Below are positions 1-9,762 of a DNA stretch of 26,269 nt, piece by piece. The stretch's first letter is position 1, and each line of letters begins with the position of its first letter. Position numbers and translations under genes: made by a program. The DNA is from Vitrella brassicaformis CCMP3155. Taxonomy: Eukaryota; Protista; Chromerida. The DNA lies in contig CDMY01000732.1 of assembly GCA_001179505.1 (NCBI GenBank), forward strand, positions 1 to 26,269, in the 5' to 3' direction. A model generated the notes under the pieces. It worked only from the letters and a program-made list of their open reading frames with translations, was not told the origin of the DNA and ran no database searches.

Positions 1-292
1 AGTCATGTGTCTGGATGGATTCGCTCTCGCTTGTCTATCGCCCTCGCGCGTGCGACTAGCTTCTGTCTGCGTGGGGGAGGGAGGGGAGGGTTTGCGGGAC
101 TGGGGTGTGCTGATGGGGCGGGGATTGATCCCTCCTCCCCTTGAGCCTGTTTGACTCTGCGTGCTGATGGGACTGTATTTGTATGAGTATCACGGACACA
201 CAGACGAGTGTTACGGTTAATGACAGTTTCACAGTTTTTTGGAGGACACTGTGTTTACGATGCGCGCTAAATAAAGGAGAGAGAAGAAGTCG

Positions 293-2425
293 ATGAAGCG
301 ACCTTGTGGTGAGCCGAGAGATGCAGCTTCCTCTGGCCCGAAGCGGCCGCTGTTGGTCGAACGTCTGTTTCGGCAGAGCATGGTATTCGTGGAGCTGTTG
401 GGCCTGCTATCGCTTGTGGAGCGTGTCCGTCTGGCCGAGCTATGCCGCACCATCCGCGCGTCAATCTGTGGCTGTATTGAGGTGCTGCAAGACCTGACAA
501 GCAGAGCGCTCCCTCGCATCAGCAACGAGAGGATCACGCAGCACATTGTCGTGGTGCTACCGTCGGCTTCGTTGCCTTTTGATGAGTATCTGGAGGACGA
601 GGGGCGGCTTGGTGAAACACTGAGAACACGGCTGACGCGAAGTGTCAAGGCACTAACGATGGTGCAACCTGACGCTCGCATTTGGTGTTTGACGATAAGG
701 GAGAGGTTGATCGCCCCTCGCCGCATCGACGAGCAGCGATTCGAGCACGTCAAGTCGATTGAGGCCACCTCAACAGACGGCTTCTGTTTCTTCCATCGGC
801 AGCGATGTGTCTTTCCAGCCCTGACGGCCCTTACTGGCTCCCTTATGCCCGATGTCGCCCTATTCGACATCGACACAGAGATTGATTCGGGAGCGTCAGA
901 GCGGTGTGGGGATTATTTGGATCTGCATTTGCTCGATGAGGCCCTGAGTCGCTTGGTGGCCAGCTCCTCGAACCTGACGCACGTCAATATCTGGCCGATA
1001 CACTCGCCTGTTATGGAGAAGACGATTGCTGCCATCGGGCGTCTTTCTGCAGTCGAGCACGTCGGCCACTTGCTGCTATACGACCCATACGACGACCACG
1101 GTCTCGTTCGGGACATCATGCAGTCTATCAGCGGTCGCGCGCCTCTCCCTGCGGGCAGAAAGCGCACCATTCGCATGTGGAGCTGCATCGCCGTCTGTCC
1201 ATCGCTGCCCGAGTCGTTCCGACAGGACCCTGATGATGGTCCAGAGGTGTTACAGTTGTTGGTGGACGCCGAGGAGGACCAAGGATGGGAGTGTTTGATG
1301 GCGGCAAATGCAATATTTACTGTGACAACTTTGCTGCTTTTCAAGGGACGCCCGCCCCTCTGGACGTGCAGCAGCGAGTGGTGTCTTGCGTGCAGCGCCA
1401 TGCCAGCGCCTCCCAAGTAGTGGATGTTTGTTATTGGTCTGACGGTGGGCGGCCCATAAGCGAGACGTTCCGGCCTCTTTGCTTCGAGTCGGCAACGGAA
1501 TTGCTTGTCAGACACACGAACACTTCACTTTCTGGTGATGACAAGACGTTTGTGGGCATCCCTGAGTGGATTGGGGAGGAGGGGGCATTAGCTGGCATCT
1601 CGCATCTCATCCTTGACCGTGTGGGCATCCGCGGAAGCAGCGGTCCTCCAAGGCCCTTCGCGCGTCGTCCGAACAACCTCTCCCGGCTTCTCCAGCGCCT
1701 CACCTGCCTCTCGCTGGTCAAAATGACCTACGTCCTAGGGGAAATGGTCACCGAGTGCCTGTCATACATGCGGGGAGGCGGTATCAACCCTCATCTCAAC
1801 CCTCGTATCGACCGGCTGGAGATCAGACACAGCAACGACCCCCACGGCGACACCGCCAGAGACGCGTCCTTCTCTTTCGCCCCTGCCCCCCTCCTTCGGC
1901 ACTATCCGATGGCGAACACCGTGAATGTCGACCTGGAGCCTGAAATGAATTTCATTGAGGACTTTGACATCGTGACGCCGGCCGCACTGGGTTGTATTTA
2001 CCGACTCCTGCACGTCTGCCGGCCACAGCGGGCAAATGTGAAGGGGATCGTGATGGAGGCGAACGGTTTCGACGAGCCGTGGGACGAAGATTGGGTGAGG
2101 ACACAGGTCAGCGGTCAGCGGTCGAGGGACATAAAGGAACCACCACAGTGCACACATGTCTGTGTGTGATATTGCCCAGATTGTCCTGATGCATCGGCAC
2201 CCCAACCACAGCCGACACAACCAGTGCATCGTCACCGACTTGCGTGCCATCCGAAAGCCCCTTTCCTCATCTGCCCGTCCTGATGCCCGTGAACGCCTTG
2301 ATGACCATCAAGTACAAAAGGGTCTCCGTGGCGAGCCGAGCGAGTATTTCATGATGTTCGACTTGGTCGTGTCGGCTTGTTCTGGTCGTTTGTCGGGCTT
2401 TGTTCAGCCGCCCATCACAGCGTAG
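293..2425 (+). CDS. Lineage-specific hypothetical protein with an F-box-like N-terminus. The reading frame is interrupted between 1237 and 1420 (frameshift or unresolved intron), so it may be a pseudogene.
   Basis: ORF 293-1420 and ORF 1285-2169 overlap in different frames; the second frame is open from 1237. A GT-AG intron at 2107-2179 (CAG|GTCAGC...CCCAG|ATT) joins the second ORF in frame to 2180-2425 (IVLMHRHP...QPPITA*). N-terminal LFRQSMVFVELLGLLSLVERVRLAELCRTIR loosely resembles an F-box helix pattern. Confidence 0.6.
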
Positions 2426-2756
2426 TTTGAGAAGGCGCGGCCGTAGTAGAAAGGAGGACGGGATGTATCGTTGCATTGTGACAATGGGCACAGACCATGT
2501 TATCTCTTTGCAAGTGGCGGACCATCAAGTAGAGTGCCTGTCTCTTTTACGTCTTTCTAGTCATGTATCGTCTCCAGGCGCGACAGACAAGCAATCAGCC
2601 GCTTCTCAGTTTTGATAATTCATCCAGCACATGCCTTCGTACCGCCTGATGGCCCACCGACGGGACGGCGCACCTGGTGCCAAATTTCCAGCTCCAGTCA
2701 AGCTCGCACCGTGAATTTACCCCTGTACACAACGGCCGAGGAATGAAGAGTCGGAC

Positions 2757-4611
2757 ATGATGGCGGCGTTCCCGCTCCTTCTTCTCCTTGCCTGCGGGAG
2801 GGCATGGCTGGCACAATGCCGCCCGACGGACGCCGCAAGAAAAATGGGCGATGGGAGGTTGAATGCCACCCAAACGGCCAAGGACGAGGCGGCAGCCGCT
2901 AATATGACCCTTTTGGAGATGGCCCCGCATCAAGTACAGCTGGATGGCCGGGTAAGAAGACACGGCAGAGAACGAACGGGCTCGACTTCATGTGTTTCCC
3001 TCGATGTTGCTCATCTGACTAGGGCAATGTGAAGATGGCCAAGCACCGAATGTTGGACGAGGCAGATGATGTTAGGGCGTCCATGACTGGGCCTATTGAA
3101 GCGAACCAGAGCACAGCGGACTCCGAGCCAGCCGCGCTTTCCTCTGCTGCCCAAGCTGCTCAAGAGGAGCTCGCTCAGGCGCTCAATTCTGTCGCCCAGG
3201 ACGACACCACCACCACCATCACCACCACCAGCGGAGGTGGGGAGGGCTCTCAGCAGATCGTCTTGGACCTAGGCGATGCCGTGCGGAAGCAGGGGTCGGC
3301 ACCACTACCGCAGCCCGTCAGGAGAGCCGCACCACCACCCGCACCACCACCCGAGAATGAGAGCAGCAAGGAGGTCAAGCTCGACACAGGCGGCCCCGTG
3401 TCATGGTGGGCTATCGTGCTGGCCACTGCGCTGGTTCTGGTGCTCTACATGGTGCTCCTGTCGCTACTGATCGGGTATGTGAGTGGGGCGACGTTCGGGT
3501 TTGGCAAGGGCCAGCGCAAGAGGCGGATGCGGGAGAAGGAAGACGAGGAGGATGAGTCCGAGCTGGGCGAGAGAATCGCACAGCTGGAGAACGGCGGCCT
3601 GCACCCATCCAACATTCATCCCCCCCAATCTTCTCCCCCCCTTCGCCCTGCCCAGCCCCGTGATTCCCTCCCTCCCCCCTCCCCCGAGTCCCTCAGCACC
3701 ACCGTCCCTGCCTCGTCAGGCGCGCAGCCATCGCCGCAGCTGGAGGGCGCCGGTGTGCCCCTCACGCCCAAGACGCCCAAGTGCCGCAAGGTTTCACTCG
3801 CAGAGGTGCAGCACCACGAGAGAGACAAGGGCAAGTCGGGGAAGAGCAAGCTCAGAGACGCGGCGACACAGGACGACGGGACGCCATCGGTCGATTTGTC
3901 GAGGTCGGTTGGGCCGAGTGGGGGTGCCAGCAGCAGCACACCAAGGGGTGCACATATCAAAGGGGACACAAGCAGGAGCAGCACGCCACGAGGCGCTCAC
4001 ACCAGGACGCCGAGGCGGAACAAGACCCCCAAAAGCAAGAAGGAGCGAGGTACGTATGAGCGACAAAAAGGGAGAGCATGATTGCGTGGATGGACTACCT
4101 TGATTGTCCGTGTGTGTGTGTGTGGGCATCAGGGAGCCGCCGGTGTCACACCCCCTGTTCCCCCGCAGACTCGACCAAGAGTTTTGACTGGACCAAAATC
4201 AACTGGGACGCCATGGACCCCGACAGCATCAACGCGACCGCCCCCGAGGACACCACCACCAGCACCAGACCACCCGCCAGTTCCGTCAGCACCACCATTG
4301 CCAGCCACACCACCGGCGCCGCCTACAGCCACAGGGGAGGTTTTGCCGGGGCTGGGGTGGGTGTTGGTGTGGGTGCGGGTTTTGGCGGGACGAGAGAGCT
4401 GCCCAAGAACTCCATCAAGTTCGCCCCCCTGCCGCCCAGGACACCACCCATTCAACCGCGTGATCCGCCTCAGCTGTCGTGGAACGACCTATTTGACCGT
4501 GTGACGGAGAGGCGAGAGTGGCTGGCGCCGCCCCCCATCCCGCCCAGAGTGAGCGAGCCCACACAAAGCATCGTGCCTTACCGGTGCTTCAGACGGGCGG
4601 GCGTAATTTAG
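2757..4611 (+). CDS. Type I membrane protein: signal peptide, acidic/Thr-rich ectodomain, one TM helix, long Pro/Ser/basic cytoplasmic tail (about 554 aa)
   Basis: Exons 2757-2951, 3023-4049 and 4169-4611 (alternative in-frame acceptor at 4132). Introns are 2952-3022 (GTAAGA...CTGACTAG) and 4050-4168 (GTACGT...CCCCGCAG). Signal peptide MMAAFPLLLLLACGRAWLA; TM WWAIVLATALVLVLYMVLLSLLIGYV followed by basic GKGQRKRR. A further intron 4603-4849 could give an alternative end YGSAATIYS* at 4879. Confidence 0.75.
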
Positions 4612-5077
4612 GGAGGGGGAGGGTGGGTGGGGGTGGGATGGTCGCCTGTGTGCCTGTGTGTATGCGTGTCCATGTGTCTGTGTGGTGTGGTGTGTTATTG
4701 GTTTTTCTACATGTATGTATGGCGTGCGCAACAAAGAGGCGCGCCATCCATGCAAATTCATTCATCCATTGATCAGTCCGTCAGTCGTTGGTCAGTCAGC
4801 CATGTCGGTCAGTCGTCGGTTTGTTCGACCGGCCCTTCCTGCCTTCTAGTACGGCTCTGCCGCCACCATATACAGCTAGTGCGCATATAATGAGATAATG
4901 AGCTGGCGCAGCGAGACCAGTTCCAATTCAACACATTGCATTCATGTACTATGTCATAATTAAGAGAGACACGACACGGCGACGCATGAGAGAGATACGT
5001 GCAGTCCGTTGCGTTGCGTTGTATGCCGTGCCGTGCCGTGTATTACTAACTACGCGATCCCTGTCTGTCTGTACATA

Positions 5078-5210
5078 TACACATATACACATATACACAT
5101 ATACGTACACGTATACACATACTCCCATACACATATATATATATATATATACGTATATACGTATACATATGCACATGTGTTGTACATACAAAGCTGCGTA
5201 CACACACGTG
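5078..5210. repeat. AT-rich alternating purine/pyrimidine microsatellite, (TA)n/(TACA)n/(CATATA)n
   Basis: Runs such as tacacatatacacatatacacatatac and atatatatatatatatat are directly visible. Confidence 0.9.
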
Positions 5211-5585
5211 TGTGTTCTCGAGACTGACTTGATCTGATCTGCTCTGCTCTGCTCTGCGAACTCCTGACCGGATGGCTGACTGGCTGACTGGCTTATAATT
5301 ACTTGCACGCTCGATTGGGGCGTGTGAGATGAGATGAGAGGAGATGAGAGGAGTATTGAGTAGTAAGGCTCACTGATGTATAGTTCTCTTCCCTTGTCTA
5401 GTTGCTTCGTACGCCTTCCTTTTGCGTCCTGGCTTCCGTTTGCTGTCTGTCTGTCTGTCTGTCTCTGTCGGTCCTGGATTGATCGAATTTTCTTGCCTAA
5501 CCTGCCTGCCCCTTGCCTTATCTCTATCTGTCAATCCCACCTAGCGGCCGACTGACTGGCCAGACCTTTGACGCCTCACTCACTC

Positions 5586-5607
5586 ATCCATCCATCCATC
5601 CATCCAT
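5586..5607. repeat. (ATCC)n microsatellite, representative of many intronic and intergenic SSRs in the window
   Basis: atccatccatccatccatccat; the same motif recurs in many introns (for example near 16440, 17450, 24540). Confidence 0.9.
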
Positions 5608-5796
5608 CGATCGATCCATCCGACAAGTCCACCTGTCACCCCTTAAGCGTTTCCGTTCTCTTCGCCTCTTTGTTTGCTTGCTGCATGCGATGGGTGTCTT
5701 TGCGTGTGCATCGTGCGAAGGCGACAGGCAGACAGACAGACAGGCAGACAGGCAGACAAGTGATGATTGATTATCGATGATTGCTCCGACAGATCG

Positions 5797-6528
5797 ATGA
5801 CAACGACGTACAACCGACCGCACCTTTCCCTGACACTGCCATCCATCATCCATCCATCCATTCATTCATCCATGTCTCCCCTCTTAGGTTAAAGGCTTTC
5901 TGTCTGGCTTCGCGCCTTTTTTTTGATCGGTCACTTTTTGTGCACGGTGCGTGGGTGCATTGCATGGGATGGGATGGATGGATGCGGGTGTGTGTGTGTG
6001 TGTGTGTGTCTAGAGTACCTTAATTGATGTCACTTCGCAGTAGGTGTGTGAGTGTGTGTCCGCTCCCAGCCACCAACCACCATGGCGCGGGCGAATTCGC
6101 TCGTGCCGGTTGGCTGGTGGGTGGCGCTGTCTGCCCATGATGATGCATAACAGACAGACACCAAGTAGGGTATGGCATGGTTGCTGCCGCTTTGGCAACA
6201 GCTTGTTGGGACTTTGTCTTACCCGTCAACCAACCCGTTGAACCACCTTCACTGATGAATGAATGCAGGTCTCATCAATGTGTCCCCGGTGTCCACCCCC
6301 GCTCCCATCCCCATCCCATGCACAGCCACGCATCTATCGGCCCTCCAGCCAGGCAGAAAATTCGCGCAGACCGTCGAATGAAACAACACATCTGAAGTCC
6401 GATTGCCCCACGCTCCCTCCATCGCACCAGCCTCTCAGGATTTCACCACACAGGCACGCAGCCATGAGCAGGTCTACAAGGACAAAAAAGACCATGGATT
6501 CAGGGTGCACGTCAAGGTCACAGTGTGA
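5797..6528 (+). other. Candidate spliced micro-exon transcript (small protein or lncRNA) absent from the ORF track
   Basis: Textbook plus-strand introns at 5808-5887 (GTACAA...CCCCTCTTAG) and 5947-6013 (GTGCGT...(GT)n CTAG). Further acceptors at 6153, 6268, 6348 and 6438. The terminal segment 6439-6528 reads DFTTQARSHEQVYKDKKDHGFRVHVKVTV*. Confidence 0.3.
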
Positions 6529-7241
6529 TAGGACCAGCCATCCTCCACCAGACCATGACATTATGATGACGCGCAGCACTACAAAAGTAGACTGACATCA
6601 CACCAATGGTAGGTGCGTGTACACACATGTGCAGCCGACAGACAGACAGACAGACACACGGACAGACACTCAGTCATGTCATGTCGAGAAAATTGTGTGT
6701 GTCTTGCTTGGCATGACGTCCCGTCCCGTCCCGTCCCGTCCAACCCCCCACACATGAGTGAATGAACGGGAAAAAGAGAGCCGTCACACACACACACACA
6801 CACGACACAGGCAGGCAGGAAATGAGGCCGCCCACTTGTGCGTGTGTGCAGAGTGGATGACGCTCGAGAAGCCAGACCAGGCACAGTCCTCCCACGTAGT
6901 CTACAAATAAAGACCTACAGATGACATGACGAGAAAAACAGCAGCCAAGTCGCGCCCTTAGCTAGCTAGGTGGATGGGATGAGGCGGGTGGGCAGCGACT
7001 CGTACATGTAATCATCCAGGCATACACAGCCAGCCGTCACTCACTTCCTCAGACGAACATGTCAGACAGCCACCAGCAAGCGACATGGCATGGTGGTCGT
7101 CTACCACAATGCCATGGAGCTCGCCGGCGGCAATCTCACTTGTCCGTCGAGATGTAGCACTCACTCACACACGATTAGAAAAACACAAACCAGTCCTTGC
7201 CCCTCCCCCATCTGTGTGTTCTATGGCTTGTGATGGGTTGG

Positions 7242-8118
7242 TCACTGGATGGTGATCTGCTTCTTGACGGGCTGGATGGGCTCCTTCTGTGGGCAGGTCA
7301 CCTTGAGCACGCCATTCTCGTACTGGGCGGTGATGGCGGCCTCGTTGGTGTTGGGCAGACGCAGGCAGCGATGGAACCTGCCCACTTGACGCTCCTAAGA
7401 CACACAGACACACAGACGGGCAGACAGACAGAGGGAGGTGTGACTTGTAGGTACCGATCGGTAGACACATGTTTTGCCTGTGTGACGTGACGTACCTCGT
7501 AGAGCCAACCTTCGCCCTCCTTTTTGTCTTCCTTCTTGCTCTCACCCGAAATGCTCAGCAGACCGTCCTGGAAATCCAACTGAAGAACACACACAACACA
7601 ACACACGCACACACACACAAGGGTGAGGTGAGAGGCCATGGATGCCCCCCTCCCTCTCTCCCTCGCTCGATCCACATGCCCACGTAAGTACCTTGATGTC
7701 TTCCTTGGTCATGCCGGGCAGCTCAGCGGCCACGATGACATTGTTGTTGTCGTCGTGCGATATGTCCATCCGCGGCGCCCAGGTGAGCAGCGACGAGATG
7801 CTGCTGGGCGGCCGCTCCTCGCTCACGTGCCGCGCTATCTGCCCGGTGGCGCCCTCCTGCTCGGCTGGCTGGTCGGTGATCATGGCGCCCGCACCGGTGC
7901 CAGGGCGGATGCGGCTGACGTCGTTGAAGAGGGAGTCCATCTGGCGCTGCATCTGACGCAGTTCACGGCCCAGCGAACGGAAATCGGCACCTGCAGCCAT
8001 CAACACACACACAGGGAGGACGAGACACACATGGAGAGCAAACAGGCAGACCAGTCAGGTGCTGGAGGTGCTGCATGATCTGTGTCTCTGTGTTACCGAA
8101 TGGGTCGTAGCGGAACAT
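7242..8118 (-). CDS. HSP20: Small heat-shock protein (HSP20/alpha-crystallin domain), 185 aa
   Basis: Exons 8118-8097, 7990-7692, 7579-7496 and 7394-7242, all GT-AG and in frame. Motifs WAPRMDI...VIVAAELPGMTKEDIK, LSISGE, ERQVGRFHRCLRLP and AQYENGVLKVTCP match the alpha-crystallin core. Confidence 0.95.
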
Positions 8119-8422
8119 CTTGGCAACTCGCGGCGACGACAGGTGCTTCAGCTTCAGCTTGGTGACAAACAGCACACGGCAAATGCCAACAGACGGAGAT
8201 GACTCGACTATAAGTTATGGATGAGTCGGTGAGTACAGTGGTGTGGCGGGATGCTTGTGGCAGGCAGTGAGGCAGGCAGGCAGTCGGGTTTTGGTCTGTC
8301 GTGAAACCTCTGGCTCGCAAAAGCTAAGCTCGCAGATCTCCCAGAGTCGTGCAGAGGCCAAACAAAGGTCCATCCGTGTGAGCATCTAGCCACCAGAGGT
8401 GATTCTCACTCACTGGACAAGA
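8119..8422. promoter_or_regulatory. Probable bidirectional promoter region between HSP20 and NOC2
   Basis: The divergent ATGs at 8118 (-) and 8423 (+) are only 304 nt apart. Confidence 0.55.
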
Positions 8423-9725
8423 ATGACCAAGAAGGGTGGCAAGAAGAGGGCCTCATCGCTGGACGAGGATCAGCTGCTGGAGACTGAGAGCGTCGGCAGC
8501 TTCCTCAACAGTGCCGTCTTCGACCGCATCGTGGCTGAGGCGGATGCAGCAGGGGCTGACGATGGCGATGATTCCAACGACCAGCTGAATCAGATGGACC
8601 TGCACGACGAAGACACACGACCACAGCCACATGCCAGCGGCAACTCGAAGGCCCTCAAGAGGCGAGAGAAGAAGGCCAACCGCGCCGCTGCAAGGCGTGC
8701 AAACGAAGCCGCCGATGGGGATGACATTGACAATGAGGCCGAGGAGGAGCGTCAGCACAAGAAGAGTCTGGCTGGCTTGCAGTCGGCTGACCCCGACTTC
8801 TATCAGTTTCTGCTCGAGAACGACCCTGAGCTCCTCAACTTCAAAGATGAGGATGAGGGAGAAGGAGAGGGAGAGGGAGAGGGGGAGGGAGTGGCCGACG
8901 ACGACCAACACGTCGATGACGAGCAGCAAGAAGGAGCAGAGATGGACCACGAGCCCAGGCCGAGCAAGCCCTCCAAGAGCAAACAGCGTGCACCGGCCGA
9001 CCCCGACCAGCATCCGCATGACGATGACGCAGACCCCCCCTCACAGCCTGATGGCTCATCCCCCAGGAAGCCTCTCACGAGCGAGCGGCTGGCGGCCTTA
9101 GTCGAGGCGGCGACCGAGCGCAAGTCGTTCAAGGGCTTCCAGAACCTGCTCGCTGCCTATCGGTCGGTGGTGCGGCTGCTGTCCGGCGAGGTCGACAGTG
9201 AGGGGTCGGAACTCCACCCACACGCCGCTGACGAGACCCTCGCACGCGCACTGGAAGACAAGCATGCCAAGAAAGCCAAAGGCAGGGGCGTCGAGCAGGG
9301 TGGGGCCGGTGGCAAGAAGACCGCCCCCAAGCCTGAGACCAAGAAGCCCGTCAGGACGGCATACAGCATCGACGACAGCGCCGTCATCGACGAGACCATC
9401 CGGCTGGTCCTGGCACATGCGGCAGAGATGTTCGAGTACCATGCCGGGGGCGGCGATGCGGCCACGGGCGAGATCAAGAGGGGCAAAAAGAGATCAGGGA
9501 AGTCCTCCGATGGTCCGGGGCTTGGCAATGTGCCGTCACAGCTGCCCCGGTGGAGCCGCGTGGAGCTGCTGGCTCGGACGTTCTGGACGGAGACGGTGAC
9601 GCTCTGCGAGGCGTGTGGGATGGCCGGCAACACAGAGGCCAACAAGAAGCTGTTTGAGGTGCGTGCGTGTGTGTGTGTGTGTGTGCATGGGTGGCGCATC
9701 AACACCACCACACAACACATTAATA

Positions 9726-9762
<37 letters not shown>

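Noticed and set aside
4627-5308. ORFs rich in YTYIH/VCVC/THTH-type repeats here and throughout the introns
   Set aside because: Translations of microsatellites, not proteins.
5760-5834. Possible box C/D snoRNA (GTGATGA ... CTGA with a GGCAG/CTGCC flank)
   Set aside because: The terminal stem is offset from the boxes, there is no clear C'/D' pair, I recognise no rRNA guide, and it overlaps a putative exon/intron boundary. An Infernal or snoscan search would be needed.
8399-8422. Upstream GTG start for NOC2, and GTG 20132 for the ankyrin ORF, as given by the ORF track
   Set aside because: Nuclear eukaryotic context; the first in-frame ATGs (8423 and 20135) are the better starts.
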